NCBI GenBank assembly: GCA_032718475.1
Contig: JAUCBJ010004858.1
Coordinates: forward strand, 6,414-70,413
DNA length: 64,000 nt
Direction of reading: 5' to 3'
Origin: Nemertoderma westbladi
Lineage: Eukaryota; Animalia; Xenacoelomorpha
A program made the position numbers and the translations under genes. Position 1 is the stretch's first letter. Each line of letters begins with the position of its first letter. The notes under the pieces are model-generated. The model had not been told where the DNA came from. It saw only the letters and a program-made list of their open reading frames with translations, and did no database searches. Positions 62,786-64,000 of this stretch are shown here, in pieces.

Positions 62786-64000
62786 ATGGATTTTAAATTT
62801 ACAACTTTCAAATTGCTTTTCGCAGTAACAGGTATCACCTTAATTTCCGCGGGGGCCAACCCATACTACAACGCTCGGTTAGCAGTTATCGACAACCGCT
62901 TGGGTAAAAACTTCACTCATGTGTTTGTGACGGCGGACGTTCTGTACTGGCAGTTGGCAGTCCAGCGTCCAAGGAAAATTCGTCAGTCTAGGGAAACCTG
63001 ACGGGGTGCCGGCCCTGGTGTCCAACCCAAGCGTCGTGCGACTACCGACCAATCAAACTCAAGTTTTCGTGCAAGGGTCGGACGGCCAGGTGTACGCCAG
63101 GACGCAAACGTTCACTCCCACGATATACTCTCCGTGGTTCAAGGTTGGCGACAAGCTGCCTTCGCCTCCGAAACGATTAACCTTTACGTCTAAAACCCAG
63201 GGGCGTGATGCCATAACTGCGACTGTCTTTAAGGGGAAAACAACAGTGTTTGTTACATCGATCGGAAATCCCAGTCAACTGTGGTGGATCAAAGGTACGG
63301 CAGAGAAATTCCCGAAATGGAGCAACATAGGTGGGAATCTAATGTCCGACGTTTCGGTCGTGTATAACAAGTATTCTGGTTATTTCGAGGCCTTCGCTAT
63401 ATTCACGGACAAAAAGGCGCATCGGATGTGGCAGAGGTCGGACGATAGTTGGTCTGGTTGGCGAGTTCAAGGGATCAACCCCCCGAGCCCCGTTCCACTG
63501 TCCCGACCCACCGCCCATGGGATGACTCAAACGGTGTTCAACGGAATGCTCGAGGTATTTGTGCTGGGCACCGACGGCCGCGTGCATCACATCTGGCAGA
63601 CGACCTGCGATGGAGTCGACAACCCATGGGGTTGGTGCACCTGGTGGACTTGGGAGCGATTAGCTAACAGTTACCCGAGTCCTGGGTCGCCGATAAACGC
63701 GCTAACGTCCGGGAGGAACGTACACGGAGGGAACGAATTGTTTACAGTCGATGTTCACGGCACATTGTGGTACTCCTACCAGCTGAAAAGGGATGGAAGT
63801 TGGAAAGACTGGCAAGCCATTAAGTCACGCCTTCCAATTTCAAATTTGCCGCGTTTAGTACAAAGTGATTCTGGTTGGTGGAGCGCCTATGTACTTCAAG
63901 GTAGTGGTTTATCTGTTGGGGTAATAACTCAACCCAGTGAGATAGTTCTAGACAAATCTACAATTGGTTTTGGAGGAAACTTCACTGTCCATTGGTCAAT
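62786..64000 (+). pseudogene. Secreted PLL/fucose-lectin-like beta-propeller protein, intronless, frameshifted near 62955 (runs off window)
   Basis: Signal peptide, then blades QVFVQGSDGQVY..SPW, FEAFAIFTDKKAHRMWQ..WSGW, LEVFVLGTDGRVHHIWQT..WWTW, ELFTVDVHGTLWYSYQ..WKDW in the +1 frame, open to 64000. Confidence 0.7.

Overview
This is AT-rich animal (invertebrate-type) genomic DNA, not prokaryotic. Positions <1 to ~49,460 hold one minus-strand gene that I rebuilt by hand from 18 GT-AG exons with consistent phases. It encodes a secreted FCGBP/zonadhesin/mucin-like protein: signal peptide - WSC - 3x Mucin2-type WxxW - VWD(GDPH) - C8 - TIL - TILa/EGF - polybasic site - VWD(GDPH), running off the left edge. 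Its introns contain a nested antisense intronless C2H2 zinc-finger gene, a decayed Bel/Pao LTR retrotransposon with an extra zinc-knuckle ORF region, a SINE, a LINE fragment and several MITEs. To the right are a few low-confidence exons, an intronless VPS4, and an intronless PLL-type beta-propeller lectin gene frameshifted by a 7-bp duplication. The most striking feature is 11 unrelated minisatellite arrays (0.7-5.9 kb, ~28 kb in total) tied to splice sites. Five begin exactly at a real 5' splice donor and repeat it ~58-210 times, four of them with the exon end. One repeats a probable 3' acceptor, one repeats a candidate donor, and three abut acceptors. In one array every copy of the donor is in frame and stop-free. 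Most long ORFs in the supplied track are artefacts of these repeats. All domain calls are by motif recognition, not database search.
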